Assembly (NCBI GenBank): GCA_965214305.1
Contig: OZ243949.1
Coordinates: forward strand, 2,515,962 to 2,579,961
From: Pseudomonadales bacterium
Lineage (GTDB): Bacteria > Pseudomonadota > Gammaproteobacteria > Pseudomonadales > Azotimanducaceae
Length of the DNA stretch: 64,000 nucleotides
Direction: 5' to 3'
Part shown: one piece after another, positions 38,796-48,781 of the stretch
Position numbering within the stretch: the first letter of the stretch is position 1
Layout: each line of letters starts with the position of its first letter
The notes under the pieces: generated by a model
The model's input: only the letters and a program-made list of their open reading frames with translations
Database searches by the model: none
Told to the model about the DNA's origin: nothing
Made by a program: the position numbers and the translations under genes

Positions 38796-40427
38796 ATGAC
38801 TGTACACCGGCAGCAATGCCCGGGGCTCGCCCTAATCAGCGTCTCCGACAAATCCGGCTTGGCCGAGTTGGCCGGTGCCCTACACGAACTCGGCGTTGGC
38901 CTCCTTGCCACCGGCGGCACGTTCCGGGCGATCGCCGAGGCGGGGGTGCCGGTTGTGGAAGTTGCCGATCACACCGAATCCCCGGAATTGATGGATGGCC
39001 GGGTGAAGACCCTGCATCCCCGTATTCACGGCGGCATTCTGGCGCGACGGGGAACCGATGACGAGGCGCTTGCGGACCATGCCATCGACCCCATCGATAT
39101 GGTGGTGGTGAACCTCTATCCCTTCGCACAAACCATTGCCCGTGCGGACTGCACCGATGCGCTGGCGTTGGCAAACATCGACATCGGCGGCCCCGCCATG
39201 CTACGCGCCGCCGCCAAGAATCATGGGGATGTGCTGGCGGTGGTTGACCCGAGCGACTACGACCCGTTGATAGCGGCACTGCGGGCGGGCGGGGTGGATT
39301 TGGCGCTGCGCCGACGGCTTGCCGAAAAGGCGTTCCGCCATACCGCAAACTATGATCGCATCGTGGCCAACTATTTGCGCGGCGACTACCTGAACAGTGA
39401 CCACTCGGGTCGCGACGGCTCGATTGACGACGACGCCCTGCCCGAGCGCCTCCGGCTCGCCTACATAAAACACCAGGACATGCGCTACGGAGAGAATCCC
39501 CACCAACGCGCCGCCTTCTATGTGGCGGCGGATTTGCCGGATCAGACTGCACAGACCGCATCCTCCTCCTGGCCTGGAACCGTTGCCGGCGCCCAACAAA
39601 TTCAGGGCAAGGCGCTCTCTTTCAACAACGTTGCCGATACCGATGCGGCGCTGCGCTGCGTTGCCGCCTTTGACGAGCCGGCTTGCGTCATCGTTAAGCA
39701 CGCCAATCCCTGCGGGGTTGCGTTGGGCGCGAATCCGCTCGAAGCCTACCGGCGCGCTTTCGATACCGACCCCAGTTCCGCATTCGGCGGCATCCTGGCC
39801 TTCAACCGGGAACTTGACGGGAGCACTTTGGCCGCGATTCTCGATACGCAGTTTGTCGAAGTGGTGGTGGCACCCGCGGTGAGCGATGCGGCGGCCCAAG
39901 CCGCACGGGCAAAACAGAACCTGCGCCTGTTGGCCAGCGGCCCCTTGGCCGAGTTTGACGATGGCTTGGATATCAAGCGCGTTGGCGGCGGCTTGCTCGT
40001 ACAGACCGCCGACGCAGTCTGTTTGGACGCCGCCGCGCTGCGCACCGTCACCGAACGCACCCCGGATAGGCGGGAAATGCGCGATCTCTTATTTGCTTGG
40101 CGGGTCGCCTGGTTTGTCAAATCCAATGCCATCGTCTATGCCCGAGACGGCCAAACCATCGGCGTTGGAGCGGGTCAGATGAGCCGCGTATTGAGCGCCC
40201 GCATCGCTGGCATGAAGGCGCGGGAAGAGGGATTGACGGTGGCCGGCTCGGTGATGGCTTCCGATGCGTTTTTGCCATTCCGAGACGGTATCGACGCGGC
40301 GGCCGAGGCCGGTATCGCCGCCGTGATTCAACCGGGCGGCTCAATGCGCGATGCGCAAGTGATTGAGGCGGCCAACGCCCACGGCATGGCGATGCTATTT
40401 ACCGGTATCCGTCATTTCCGGCACTGA
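38796..40427 (+). CDS. purH: Bifunctional AICAR formyltransferase / IMP cyclohydrolase
   Basis: It contains [11 protein letters not shown]...[15 protein letters not shown]...GIRHFRH. The start is trimmed from 38733, which would overlap aroQ. Confidence 0.93.
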   Translation: MTVHRQQCPGLALISVSDKSGLAELAGALHELGVGLLATGGTFRAIAEAGVPVVEVADHTESPELMDGRVKTLHPRIHGGILARRGTDDEALADHAIDPIDMVVVNLYPFAQTIARADCTDALALANIDIGGPAMLRAAAKNHGDVLAVVDPSDYDPLIAALRAGGVDLALRRRLAEKAFRHTANYDRIVANYLRGDYLNSDHSGRDGSIDDDALPERLRLAYIKHQDMRYGENPHQRAAFYVAADLPDQTAQTASSSWPGTVAGAQQIQGKALSFNNVADTDAALRCVAAFDEPACVIVKHANPCGVALGANPLEAYRRAFDTDPSSAFGGILAFNRELDGSTLAAILDTQFVEVVVAPAVSDAAAQAARAKQNLRLLASGPLAEFDDGLDIKRVGGGLLVQTADAVCLDAAALRTVTERTPDRREMRDLLFAWRVAWFVKSNAIVYARDGQTIGVGAGQMSRVLSARIAGMKAREEGLTVAGSVMASDAFLPFRDGIDAAAEAGIAAVIQPGGSMRDAQVIEAANAHGMAMLFTGIRHFRH

Positions 40428-40502
40428 GAAGATGTGCGTTGCAATAACCGCTCCCGGCGGAAAAAAGGCGGAGGCTTCTAGCACTCGGCAATGGAGCCAT
40501 GG

Positions 40503-41789
40503 ATGAATGTCCTGATTATCGGCTCCGGGGGCCGCGAACACGCCTTGGCTTGGAAGGCAGGCCAAAGCCCGCAGGTCGATGCGGTCTATGTTGCCCCGGG
40601 CAATGCCGGCACCGCCGCCGAGCCGAAGGTGGAGAATGTCGCCCTTGCCATTGACGATTTTCCGGCGCTCGCCGACTTCGCCGAGTCCGCGGATATTGCA
40701 CTCACCATCGTCGGGCCGGAGGCACCCCTGGTTGACGGCATCGTTGATTTCTTCGCCGCCCGCGGGCTGCGCTGCTTTGGCCCGAGCCGGTTGGCGGCGC
40801 GGTTGGAGGCATCCAAAGCCTTCGCGAAGAGCTTCATGCAACGTCAGGGTATTCCGACTGCGGCGTCGCAAACCTTCACCGACCTGTCCGCCGCGAAAAA
40901 CTTCGTCGCGGCCCGGCAAGCGCCCATCGTTATCAAAGCCGACGGTTTGGCTGCGGGCAAGGGCGTAATCGTTGCCCAAACTCGGCAAGAAGCCGTTACG
41001 ACGCTTGACGCCATGCTCTCCGGTGCTGCTTTCGGCAGCGCCGGGCGGCGCGTCGTCGTCGAGGAGTTTTTGGCCGGCGAGGAGGCAAGCTTCATCTGCC
41101 TTTGCGACGGCAAAACCGCACTGCCCTTGGCTACTTCCCAAGACCATAAGGCGGTTCATGACGGCGACCGGGGCTCGAATACCGGCGGCATGGGTGCCTA
41201 TTCCCCGGCCCCGGTGGTAACGGATGCGCTGCATCGGCGCATCATGGCGGAAATCATCGAACCCACCTTGGCCGGTATGGCGGCGGACGGCGCCCCCTAT
41301 GTGGGTTTCCTTTACGCGGGCTTGATGATTGGCGCCGACGGTGCGCCTAAGGTGATTGAATTCAACTGCCGCTTTGGCGACCCGGAAGCGCAACCGGTGC
41401 TGATGCGGTTGCGCTCCGATCTGCCGCAACTCTGTCTCAAGGCTCTGTCCGGCGGCTTGGCGGGCACCGTGCTCGCCTGGGATGAACGAGTGGCGCTCGG
41501 CGTTGTCATGGCCTCCCGCGGGTATCCGGGCAGCTACGCCAAGGGGGCGACCATAACGGGTTTAGCGGATGCGCCGGACGACGACACCAAGGTCTTTCAT
41601 GCGGGAACCCGCCCTGCCGGTGGCAGGGTGCTCAGCAGCGGTGGCCGCGTGCTCTGCGTTGTGGCCTTGGGCGATAGCGTTACCCTAGCGCAACGGAAGG
41701 TATACGAGAGAGTCGCCAAGATTAGTTGGGATGGTGCTTTTTATCGTTCGGATATCGGCTATCGGGCGGTTGCCCGGGAACCTCGTTGA
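40503..41789 (+). CDS. purD: Phosphoribosylamine-glycine ligase
   Basis: It contains MNVLIIGSGGREHALAWK...IKADGLAAGKGV...EFNCRFGDPE. Confidence 0.93.
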   Translation: MNVLIIGSGGREHALAWKAGQSPQVDAVYVAPGNAGTAAEPKVENVALAIDDFPALADFAESADIALTIVGPEAPLVDGIVDFFAARGLRCFGPSRLAARLEASKAFAKSFMQRQGIPTAASQTFTDLSAAKNFVAARQAPIVIKADGLAAGKGVIVAQTRQEAVTTLDAMLSGAAFGSAGRRVVVEEFLAGEEASFICLCDGKTALPLATSQDHKAVHDGDRGSNTGGMGAYSPAPVVTDALHRRIMAEIIEPTLAGMAADGAPYVGFLYAGLMIGADGAPKVIEFNCRFGDPEAQPVLMRLRSDLPQLCLKALSGGLAGTVLAWDERVALGVVMASRGYPGSYAKGATITGLADAPDDDTKVFHAGTRPAGGRVLSSGGRVLCVVALGDSVTLAQRKVYERVAKISWDGAFYRSDIGYRAVAREPR

Positions 41790-41910
41790 GACGGCAACCG
41801 CAACGGGGCGGCGATAGCGGCTTTTCGCTTTCGCGACTTCCTAGGGCGCAGGCTCCTAGCCCCCATATCTCATCGGCTTATTGAGCGGAATTGAAGTACT
41901 ACTCGGCAGC

Positions 41911-42030
41911 GAGTGAGCCCGGGGCGCTTCCCTTGCGGCACAGGGCACAATTTTCCTGTCAATGTGAGAAGGGGTGGAACGAGTTGAACGCGCCGCAAGG
42001 GAAGCGCCCCGGGCTCACTCTTTCGTCAAT
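41911..42030. repeat. 120-bp hairpin/MITE-like element (family C) with 29-nt perfect inverted termini
   Basis: GAGTGAGCCCGGGGCGCTTCCCTTGCGGC...GCCGCAAGGGAAGCGCCCCGGGCTCACTC. The internal core GGGTGGAACGAGTTGAA recurs at about 18638-18654. Confidence 0.7.
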
Positions 42031-42252
42031 TCGGCACTGTTGCGTGCGTCAGCGTCCTTGGCGGGAAGTTGATGAGATAGCCCGGATGGGTTGGCTTAGG
42101 GTACAGCCGGGCAGCGAGCGGGCAGCGCTGGCGCGCAAAAGAGTGGCTGATAATCGGTGGTTAATTGCCGATGCGTTGACGGGATATTGACGGACAGCCT
42201 GTCGAGGAAAATACGCCTACCGGAAGGCATTCGAACTCGACATCCTGCCCCA

Positions 42253-43137
42253 ATGCTCGCCGAGACGCTCAAACAATTCGACCCGTTTCAGCAGATGGAT
42301 GCCGGGGCATTAGTAACAGCCGCCCGTCAAACCCGTCTTTTGCAAGTGCCCGCCCAACGCTGGTTGCTGCGTCCCGGCCGACGTTTGGGCGGGCGCTACT
42401 ATTTGGTGCGGGGGACCGTGCGCCTGTTCTCGCCGCAACGCGATTTGCGGCCGGGTTCGGCAAAGGCGCGACAAGCGCTGTATCCCGGCTGCGAGGCGAT
42501 ATTCACGCGCGGCGCGGTGCAACTGTTGCATGTGGACGCCGCCGCCGTTGCCTTTGCATTGGGTGCGGCCCAATCGCAACCGAAGGCGCAAGAGTCGGCG
42601 GATTGGGCGCATCGCTTCAAGCATTCTCCCCTGCTGCAACGTCTTGATGCGACGGTCTGGCAGCAGCTACAGAGCGCCTTGACCGAGCGCCATTTCGAAA
42701 AAGACGCCCGGTTGGTCATTGAAGGTTCGGCAGCGCACGACTTTTTCGTACTCAAGTCCGGCCACGCCGCAGTGCGACGCAGCGGCCGAACGATAGCCCA
42801 CCTGGGCCCCGGCGATTTCTTCGGCGAAGACGCGCTCTTGCTGAATGCGCGGCGCGGCGCCACGATTATCGCGACCTGTCCGGGTGTGCTGTTGCGCTTG
42901 CCCAAAGACCGATTCATGGCGTTGTTGGTCGAAAATTTGATTCGGTTTGTCGGCCAGGCGGGTGCGGGGGTTGCTATCGATCTAAGCGAGGACGGCGCGC
43001 TCGCCCGGCTGCGCGAGTCGATTCCGACGCTCGACCCCAAAATGCCCCACCACATTGTCGGTGGGGCGCCGAGGGAGAGGGCGTTGGCCGCGTTTATCCT
43101 CAACCAGAAGGGCTTTGACGCCCGCCCCGTTGCGTGA
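42253..43137 (+). CDS. Cyclic-nucleotide-binding domain protein with a rhodanese-like C-terminus
   Basis: The cNMP-binding signature is LGPGDFFGEDALL...RGATIIA. The start is trimmed to MLAETLKQFDPF. Confidence 0.65.
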   Translation: MLAETLKQFDPFQQMDAGALVTAARQTRLLQVPAQRWLLRPGRRLGGRYYLVRGTVRLFSPQRDLRPGSAKARQALYPGCEAIFTRGAVQLLHVDAAAVAFALGAAQSQPKAQESADWAHRFKHSPLLQRLDATVWQQLQSALTERHFEKDARLVIEGSAAHDFFVLKSGHAAVRRSGRTIAHLGPGDFFGEDALLLNARRGATIIATCPGVLLRLPKDRFMALLVENLIRFVGQAGAGVAIDLSEDGALARLRESIPTLDPKMPHHIVGGAPRERALAAFILNQKGFDARPVA

Positions 43138-43332
43138 TTTAACCCGGATCGCTCAGCATTGCTCTTACAAGCTAGGCGCCTCTGCCTTCGGAAGTCGCGG
43201 CGAGTGCATCGTGTTGCCAGCGGTACCGTCTCCTGTATCTTGGTGGCGAGCGGCACAAGCGCATCAAGCGCTGACGACGCAAGTTGGTGAGATATGCGAG
43301 GCGGGATCATCTCGCGTTAAGCTTGCCTCGCT

Positions 43333-45423
43333 GTGAACGCTCTTACCGATAAGCTGAAAGTGTGCATTCAAACCGCCTACCGCGATTGGTTGAATGCGCG
43401 TGGGTTTAGGTCGCGCCGCGGCCAACGCGAGATGATTGCCGCCATCGCCCGCGCCTGCACCGGTTCGCCGCCGCGCATTGCCGTCATTGAGGCGGGCACC
43501 GGTACCGGCAAGACGGCGGCCTATTGCCTGCCCACCATCCCCATCGCCGAGGCGCTCGACAAGACGGTGGTGATTGCCAGTGCCACCGTCGCGCTCCAGG
43601 AGCAAATCGTGCTACGCGATCTGCCGGATTTGGCGGAATGCGCCGGTCTTGAGTTCGATTTCGCGTTGGCCAAGGGGCGGCAGCGCTATGTTTGCCTGAA
43701 GCGGCTTGATGAGCGATTGCATCGCACGGAGCCCTTGCCGACGCTGAACGCGGGTGACGGAGCGGTGCTGGATCACGCCGCCATTCACCAGAAGATGCTC
43801 GACTCCTTCACCGCCGAACACTGGGACGGCGAATTGGATAGTTGGCCGGATGCCGTGGACGAGCCGGCCTGGCGACAGGTAACCACCGACCATCGCGGCT
43901 GCGCCAACAACCGTTGCGCCTATTTCCAGAGTTGCCCGTTTTTCAAGGCGCGCAACCAACTCGACGGGGTTCGCGTTATCGTCGCCAATCAAGATCTGCT
44001 GCTCGCGGACCTCAGTCTGGGCGGTGGCTACGTTCTGCCCGAGCCGGAAAACTGCATCCTGGTGGTTGACGAGGCTCACCATCTGCCCGCTAAGACGCAG
44101 GAGCACTTCGGTGTGCGGGCATGGCTTAAGGGTACGGAGTTGTGGGCCGATCAGCTCAATACGGCGATTGCGACCCTAACGCAACGGTTCGGACGCCCTG
44201 CCGAGTTGGCGGAGTTGGCAACGACCATTCCCGCCGCCAGCGAGGCGTTGCAAAGGGCGCTGCGCGATCTCTCCGAACAATTGGCCGGCCTTGCCTTCAG
44301 CGAGCGCCGAGACGGGCTGCAAATTTTTCGCTTTCCACTTGGCCGGGTCGAGGCGAGCCTAGCCAACGCGGCCGAGCTTGCGGGCTTGCCATTGGCGGCC
44401 TTGCATCGGGCGGCGTTGCAAGTTCTTGGGTTGCTCGAACAAGCGGTTAATGACGGGCTGGGCTGGCTCCGGGCAGCCGATGCGGAGGATTGGTTGCCGG
44501 TGGTCGGTCAATTGGAGGCCCGGGGCGCAGCCACGGCGCGGTTGCTCGAAGACTATGCAAGGGCCAGCGCTGCCACTGACGAGGGCGACGGGGTACGCCA
44601 TGCCCGTTGGCTGCATCGATCGGAGCAGGACACCGAACTAATCAGCGCGCCCATCGAGCCGGGTCGCCTGCTGGAGCAACATCTCTGGTCGCGTTGCCAC
44701 GCCGCCGTTGCCACGTCCGCCACCCTGACCGCCGCGGGTCGTTTTGATCGATTCTGCGAGCGTGCCGGTTTGACGGGCATGGAGGCTGTGCGTATTCCCA
44801 GCCCGTTCGATTTTCCGAACATCGCCGTGCTGCGCGTACCGGCCATGCGCGCCAACCCCCGCGACCGCGAGGCGCATACGGCGGAAATTGCGACCCTGTT
44901 GCCGGAACTGTTGGCGAGCGAGCGCAGCGCGTTGGTGTTGTTCACCTCTTGGCGACAACTCAACGACGTCAAGGCTGAACTGCCGGCGGCACTGCATAAG
45001 GCGTTACAGATTCAGGGCGAGCATGCCAAGCAACGCCTGTTGGAGCGCCACCGCGAGCGCATTGATGCGGGCCGGCCGAGCTATTTGTTTGGTTTGGCGA
45101 GCTTTGCCGAAGGTGTGGATTTACCCGACGACTATTGTCGCCACGTCGTGTTGACCAAACTGCCTTTCGCGGTACCGGACAACCCGCTCGACGCGGCGGT
45201 GACGGAATGGGTGGAAGCCCAGGGTCGCGACGCCTTTTTGGAGGTTACCGTGCCCGATGCCGCGATTCGGCTCGTGCAGGCGTGCGGTCGGCTGATTCGC
45301 CATGAGGCCGACCACGGCCGCATCACTATTCTCGACAAGCGCTTGGTGACTCAGCGTTACGGTCGGGATTTACTCAATTCGCTGCCGCCCTACCGCTTGG
45401 AGTTGCCCGCCCTCGTTCCTTGA
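43333..45423 (+). CDS. dinG: ATP-dependent DNA helicase, DinG family (Fe-S)
   Basis: It contains IEAGTGTGKT, DEAHHL and the Cys cluster CLKR...CANNRCAYFQSCPF. It uses a GTG start. Confidence 0.85.
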   Translation: MNALTDKLKVCIQTAYRDWLNARGFRSRRGQREMIAAIARACTGSPPRIAVIEAGTGTGKTAAYCLPTIPIAEALDKTVVIASATVALQEQIVLRDLPDLAECAGLEFDFALAKGRQRYVCLKRLDERLHRTEPLPTLNAGDGAVLDHAAIHQKMLDSFTAEHWDGELDSWPDAVDEPAWRQVTTDHRGCANNRCAYFQSCPFFKARNQLDGVRVIVANQDLLLADLSLGGGYVLPEPENCILVVDEAHHLPAKTQEHFGVRAWLKGTELWADQLNTAIATLTQRFGRPAELAELATTIPAASEALQRALRDLSEQLAGLAFSERRDGLQIFRFPLGRVEASLANAAELAGLPLAALHRAALQVLGLLEQAVNDGLGWLRAADAEDWLPVVGQLEARGAATARLLEDYARASAATDEGDGVRHARWLHRSEQDTELISAPIEPGRLLEQHLWSRCHAAVATSATLTAAGRFDRFCERAGLTGMEAVRIPSPFDFPNIAVLRVPAMRANPRDREAHTAEIATLLPELLASERSALVLFTSWRQLNDVKAELPAALHKALQIQGEHAKQRLLERHRERIDAGRPSYLFGLASFAEGVDLPDDYCRHVVLTKLPFAVPDNPLDAAVTEWVEAQGRDAFLEVTVPDAAIRLVQACGRLIRHEADHGRITILDKRLVTQRYGRDLLNSLPPYRLELPALVP

Positions 45424-45594
45424 TGACGGCGGAAGACCGCATTGGTCAAAACAAACGGTATGTGGGATGGGTAGTGTCGCAGCTTGAATGTTTCGACTGC
45501 GGGCCGCCGCGGTTGGCGCAGTCTCCAAATCCAAATCATTTCAAACGGATAAACGACCCCGGGATGGTTTCGGTATTACTGTCTGTAGCCCTCT

Positions 45595-45861
45595 GTGTAT
45601 ACTTCGGGCATGGGTGAAACGCCGGACGGTCGCGAACTCGAAAAGCGGATCGAGATTATGGCGGAACAGATGAACACATTGCGGTCTGATTTGGATGCCA
45701 CGCTGAGCAAGATGCGGGCTGATATGGCCGACTGGAAGACCGCTATGGTCGGGCGGGACAAGGACAACCACCGATCGCTGGTCAACACGATTAGCGTGGC
45801 CACCGCGGTCCTCGCCATTGTGGTTGCGTCCGGCTTCGCCTTCATCGGCCTGATGGGGTAG
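45595..45861 (+). CDS. Small tail-anchored coiled-coil protein (hypothetical)
   Basis: 88 aa. The helical part is ELEKRIEIMAEQMNTLRSDLDATLSKMRADMADWK and the C-terminal TM is VATAVLAIVVASGFAFIGL. Confidence 0.45.
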   Translation: MYTSGMGETPDGRELEKRIEIMAEQMNTLRSDLDATLSKMRADMADWKTAMVGRDKDNHRSLVNTISVATAVLAIVVASGFAFIGLMG

Positions 45862-45866
45862 GCTTG

Positions 45867-46028
45867 GGAGCCCCTGCCTTCGGAATGCGCGGCTGCAAAT
45901 CCGCTCTCATCCGCCCCGTCGGCCGGTCGATTTCGTTGCATATGGCTCGATATTCGCCTCAATCGACAGGCCGACGGAACGGCGATAGCGAATTTTCGCT
46001 TTCGCGACTTCCGAAGGCGGAGGCTCCC
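45867..46028. repeat. REP-B full-length element (about 162 bp)
   Basis: GGGAGCCCCTGCCTTCGGAATGCGCGGC...GCGACTTCCGAAGGCGGAGGCTCCC. It is about 85-90% identical to 60038-60200. Confidence 0.8.
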
Positions 46029-46119
46029 ATAGGGCATCCGACCAAACTGAGACACTGCCGGGCCGGGCCAGTGCATCGGCGTAACGCAAGGAAGTTGGTG
46101 CCACGGGGGCCTGTCCGAA

Positions 46120-46734
46120 ATGCGTAATTATTTGCATCCCTGGGGTCTTGTTCGCCTCATGCTGCGTCCCTCCGAGGCTTGTAACGCCCTGTCGGGCGCG
46201 GCCCCCGAACCCCATGATGTGCTGCTTCGATTGGTTGCGCCCCTCAGCATTGTGCCACCGCTGCTCGCCTATATCGGCGGGGCCGCCTTTGGTTGGCGGC
46301 TTGGCGGCGGCGCCCCCCTGTACATCTCCGGCGGTGGCTTGGTGTTGATTAGCCTGGGGTACACTTTCGCGCTCGTCACCGGCTTTCTCAGTACCGCCCT
46401 TGTTTCCTCTTGGATGGCTGAAACCTATGGGGCAAGGCGTGATTTCGGTGCCCATTTGTCGCTCGTCGTGCTGGTGGGGATGCCCGTCATTATCGCCAGT
46501 CTGGCGCATCTGGCGCCCCATGCCTTTATCAATATGATCGTGCTGATACCGGCGCTGATTTGGAGCCTGTATCTTCTCTACCGCTGTCTGCCGATGGCGC
46601 TGAGAACCTCTCCGGAACGCGGTATGCTCATGGCCTCTTCACTGGTTGCCTATCTGTTGGTTGCCTTCGTCAGCTTGCTCGGCATCACCGTGGTGCTTTG
46701 GAGCGGCGGTATCGGACCGGCGTTGGGGGTTTGA
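46120..46734 (+). CDS. Yip1-like multi-pass membrane protein
   Basis: 204 aa with 5 TM segments. Its stop overlaps the ccoN ATG (TGATG). Confidence 0.5.
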   Translation: MRNYLHPWGLVRLMLRPSEACNALSGAAPEPHDVLLRLVAPLSIVPPLLAYIGGAAFGWRLGGGAPLYISGGGLVLISLGYTFALVTGFLSTALVSSWMAETYGARRDFGAHLSLVVLVGMPVIIASLAHLAPHAFINMIVLIPALIWSLYLLYRCLPMALRTSPERGMLMASSLVAYLLVAFVSLLGITVVLWSGGIGPALGV

Positions 46735-48158
46735 TGCCACCGGCCGAGAGCTATCGCGACCGCGCCACGGCATGGCTCACGGGCTTTGCGATGCTGTGGT
46801 CGCTGCTCGGTATGTCGGCCGGCGTCTATGTGGCTGCGGAATTGGTCTGGCCGACCATCGATTTTGGCCGTGAGTGGTTGAGTTACGGCAGGCTGCGCAA
46901 CCTGCATACCAATGTCGTGATCTTCGGTTTTGGTGTTTCCGCGTTGATGGCCACCGCCTTCTACAGCGTGCAGCGTACCTGCCATGTACCCTTGTTTGCG
47001 CCGGGGCTGGCCTGGTTCTGTACCTGGGCTTGGCAAGCGGTGCTGCTGGCCGGGGGCGTCTCCTTGTTGGCGGGCTGGAACGGCGGCAAGGAATACGCCG
47101 AGTTGGAATGGCCCCTGGACATCGCCATCGCCTTGGTTTGGGTCTGCTTCGCCGTGGTCTTCTTCGGCACCATTGCCAAGCGCCGCATTGGGCCGATTTA
47201 CGTCTCCAACTGGTTTTACGGCGCACTCATTATCGTCATCGCCATGTTGCACATCGTCAACAGCCTGGCGATACCCGTCACCTGGTCGAAGTCCTATTCA
47301 CTGTTCGCCGGAGCCCAGGACGCCGTGGTGCAATGGTGGTACGGGCACAACGCGGTGGGTTTTCTGCTCACCGGTGGGTTCCTCGGCATGCTTTATTACT
47401 TTCTGCCCAAGCACGCCGACCGTCCGATTTGGAGCTATCGCCTTTCCATCGTTGCGTTTTGGGCCTTCACCTACAGCTACATTTGGGCCGGGCCGCACCA
47501 TCTACACTACAACGCCGTGCCGGAATGGGTGCAGTCCCTCGGCATGGTCATGAGTCTGGTATTGCTGGCACCGTCCTGGGCGACCATGGTTAATGGCGTG
47601 ATGACCGTGGCCGGTGCCTGGCAGAAGCTGAGCACGGACCCCGCGTTGAAGTTCATCGTGCTGTCGTTGGCCTTCTACGGGCTTGCCACCTTTGAGGGGC
47701 CGATGATGTCGATCAAGAGCGTCAATGTCGTCAGCCACTTCACGGATTGGACCATCGGCCATGTCCACTCCGGGGCTCTCGGCTGGAACGCGCTCATAAC
47801 CTTCGGCACCTTTTATTTTTTGGTGCCGCGCTTGGTGGGTGCCGAACTCTACAGCAACCGGTTGGCGAACTGGCATTTTTGGCTGGCGCTTGCCGGCGTG
47901 ATGCTCTACGTTTTGGCCATGTGGGGAGCGGGCGTTTCGCAGGGTTTGTTGTGGCTGAGCCTGGATGACATTGGCGAACTCAGCTACAGCTTCAAGGACA
48001 TCATGGCCAGCATGGCGCCTTACTATGCGCTGCGCTTGGTGGCGGGGCTCGTGTTTCTGTCCGGCGCGGCATTGATGGCGTACAACCTGTGGATGACCGT
48101 TAAGGGTCGCGCCATCGTTCCCGTTCTGCCTCCTAAGGTTAACGGGTTGGCCGCATGA
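46734..48158 (+). CDS. ccoN: cbb3-type cytochrome c oxidase subunit I
   Basis: 474 aa with a heme-copper oxidase fold (WWYGHNAVGF, HFTDWTIGHVHSGALGW). The start is trimmed from 46560. Confidence 0.93.
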   Translation: MPPAESYRDRATAWLTGFAMLWSLLGMSAGVYVAAELVWPTIDFGREWLSYGRLRNLHTNVVIFGFGVSALMATAFYSVQRTCHVPLFAPGLAWFCTWAWQAVLLAGGVSLLAGWNGGKEYAELEWPLDIAIALVWVCFAVVFFGTIAKRRIGPIYVSNWFYGALIIVIAMLHIVNSLAIPVTWSKSYSLFAGAQDAVVQWWYGHNAVGFLLTGGFLGMLYYFLPKHADRPIWSYRLSIVAFWAFTYSYIWAGPHHLHYNAVPEWVQSLGMVMSLVLLAPSWATMVNGVMTVAGAWQKLSTDPALKFIVLSLAFYGLATFEGPMMSIKSVNVVSHFTDWTIGHVHSGALGWNALITFGTFYFLVPRLVGAELYSNRLANWHFWLALAGVMLYVLAMWGAGVSQGLLWLSLDDIGELSYSFKDIMASMAPYYALRLVAGLVFLSGAALMAYNLWMTVKGRAIVPVLPPKVNGLAA

Positions 48159-48781
48159 AAGCCGTCGATCTGCATCGTAAGTTGGAACACAACAGCGGTC
48201 TGCTCATCTTCGGCATCCTCTTCGTGTCGGCGATTGGCGGGCTGGTGCAGGTATTGCCCAGCGTACTTGATGATCGTTTGGCCACCCCGGCACCGAACGC
48301 AGGCCCCTATGGGCCGGTGGAATTGACCGGGCGCGATATCTACATTCGCGAGAGTTGCGGCACCTGCCATTCGCAACAGGTGCGCCCGCTACTTGCCGAG
48401 GTACGTCGCTACGGCCCCTTTTCCAGGGCCGACGAATTCGCCTTTGACCGGCCTTTCCTTTGGGGTTCGAAGCGCACCGGGCCGGATTTGCACCGCATCG
48501 GCGGCAAATATTCAGACCTCTGGCAGCGCATACACCTGCTGGACCCGCGGGCGGTGGTACCTGACTCCATCATGCCCGGCTATCCTTGGCTTGAGCGGCG
48601 CGCGGCCGATGCCGACGGCACCATTCAGGCGAAGATGCGGGCCTTGCGCAGGCTGGGTCATCCGTATACGGATGCCGACATTGAGGCCGCTCCGGATGCG
48701 TTGCGGGGGTTGACGGAAGTCGATGCGCTGGTCGCTTATCTGCAAAGTTTGGGCAAAACGGCCTCTGGGGAAGCGTTGTGA
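48155..48781 (+). CDS. ccoO: cbb3-type cytochrome c oxidase subunit II (monoheme)
   Basis: 208 aa with an N-terminal TM and CGTCHSQ heme motif. It has an ATGA overlap with ccoN. Confidence 0.93.
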   Translation: MKAVDLHRKLEHNSGLLIFGILFVSAIGGLVQVLPSVLDDRLATPAPNAGPYGPVELTGRDIYIRESCGTCHSQQVRPLLAEVRRYGPFSRADEFAFDRPFLWGSKRTGPDLHRIGGKYSDLWQRIHLLDPRAVVPDSIMPGYPWLERRAADADGTIQAKMRALRRLGHPYTDADIEAAPDALRGLTEVDALVAYLQSLGKTASGEAL

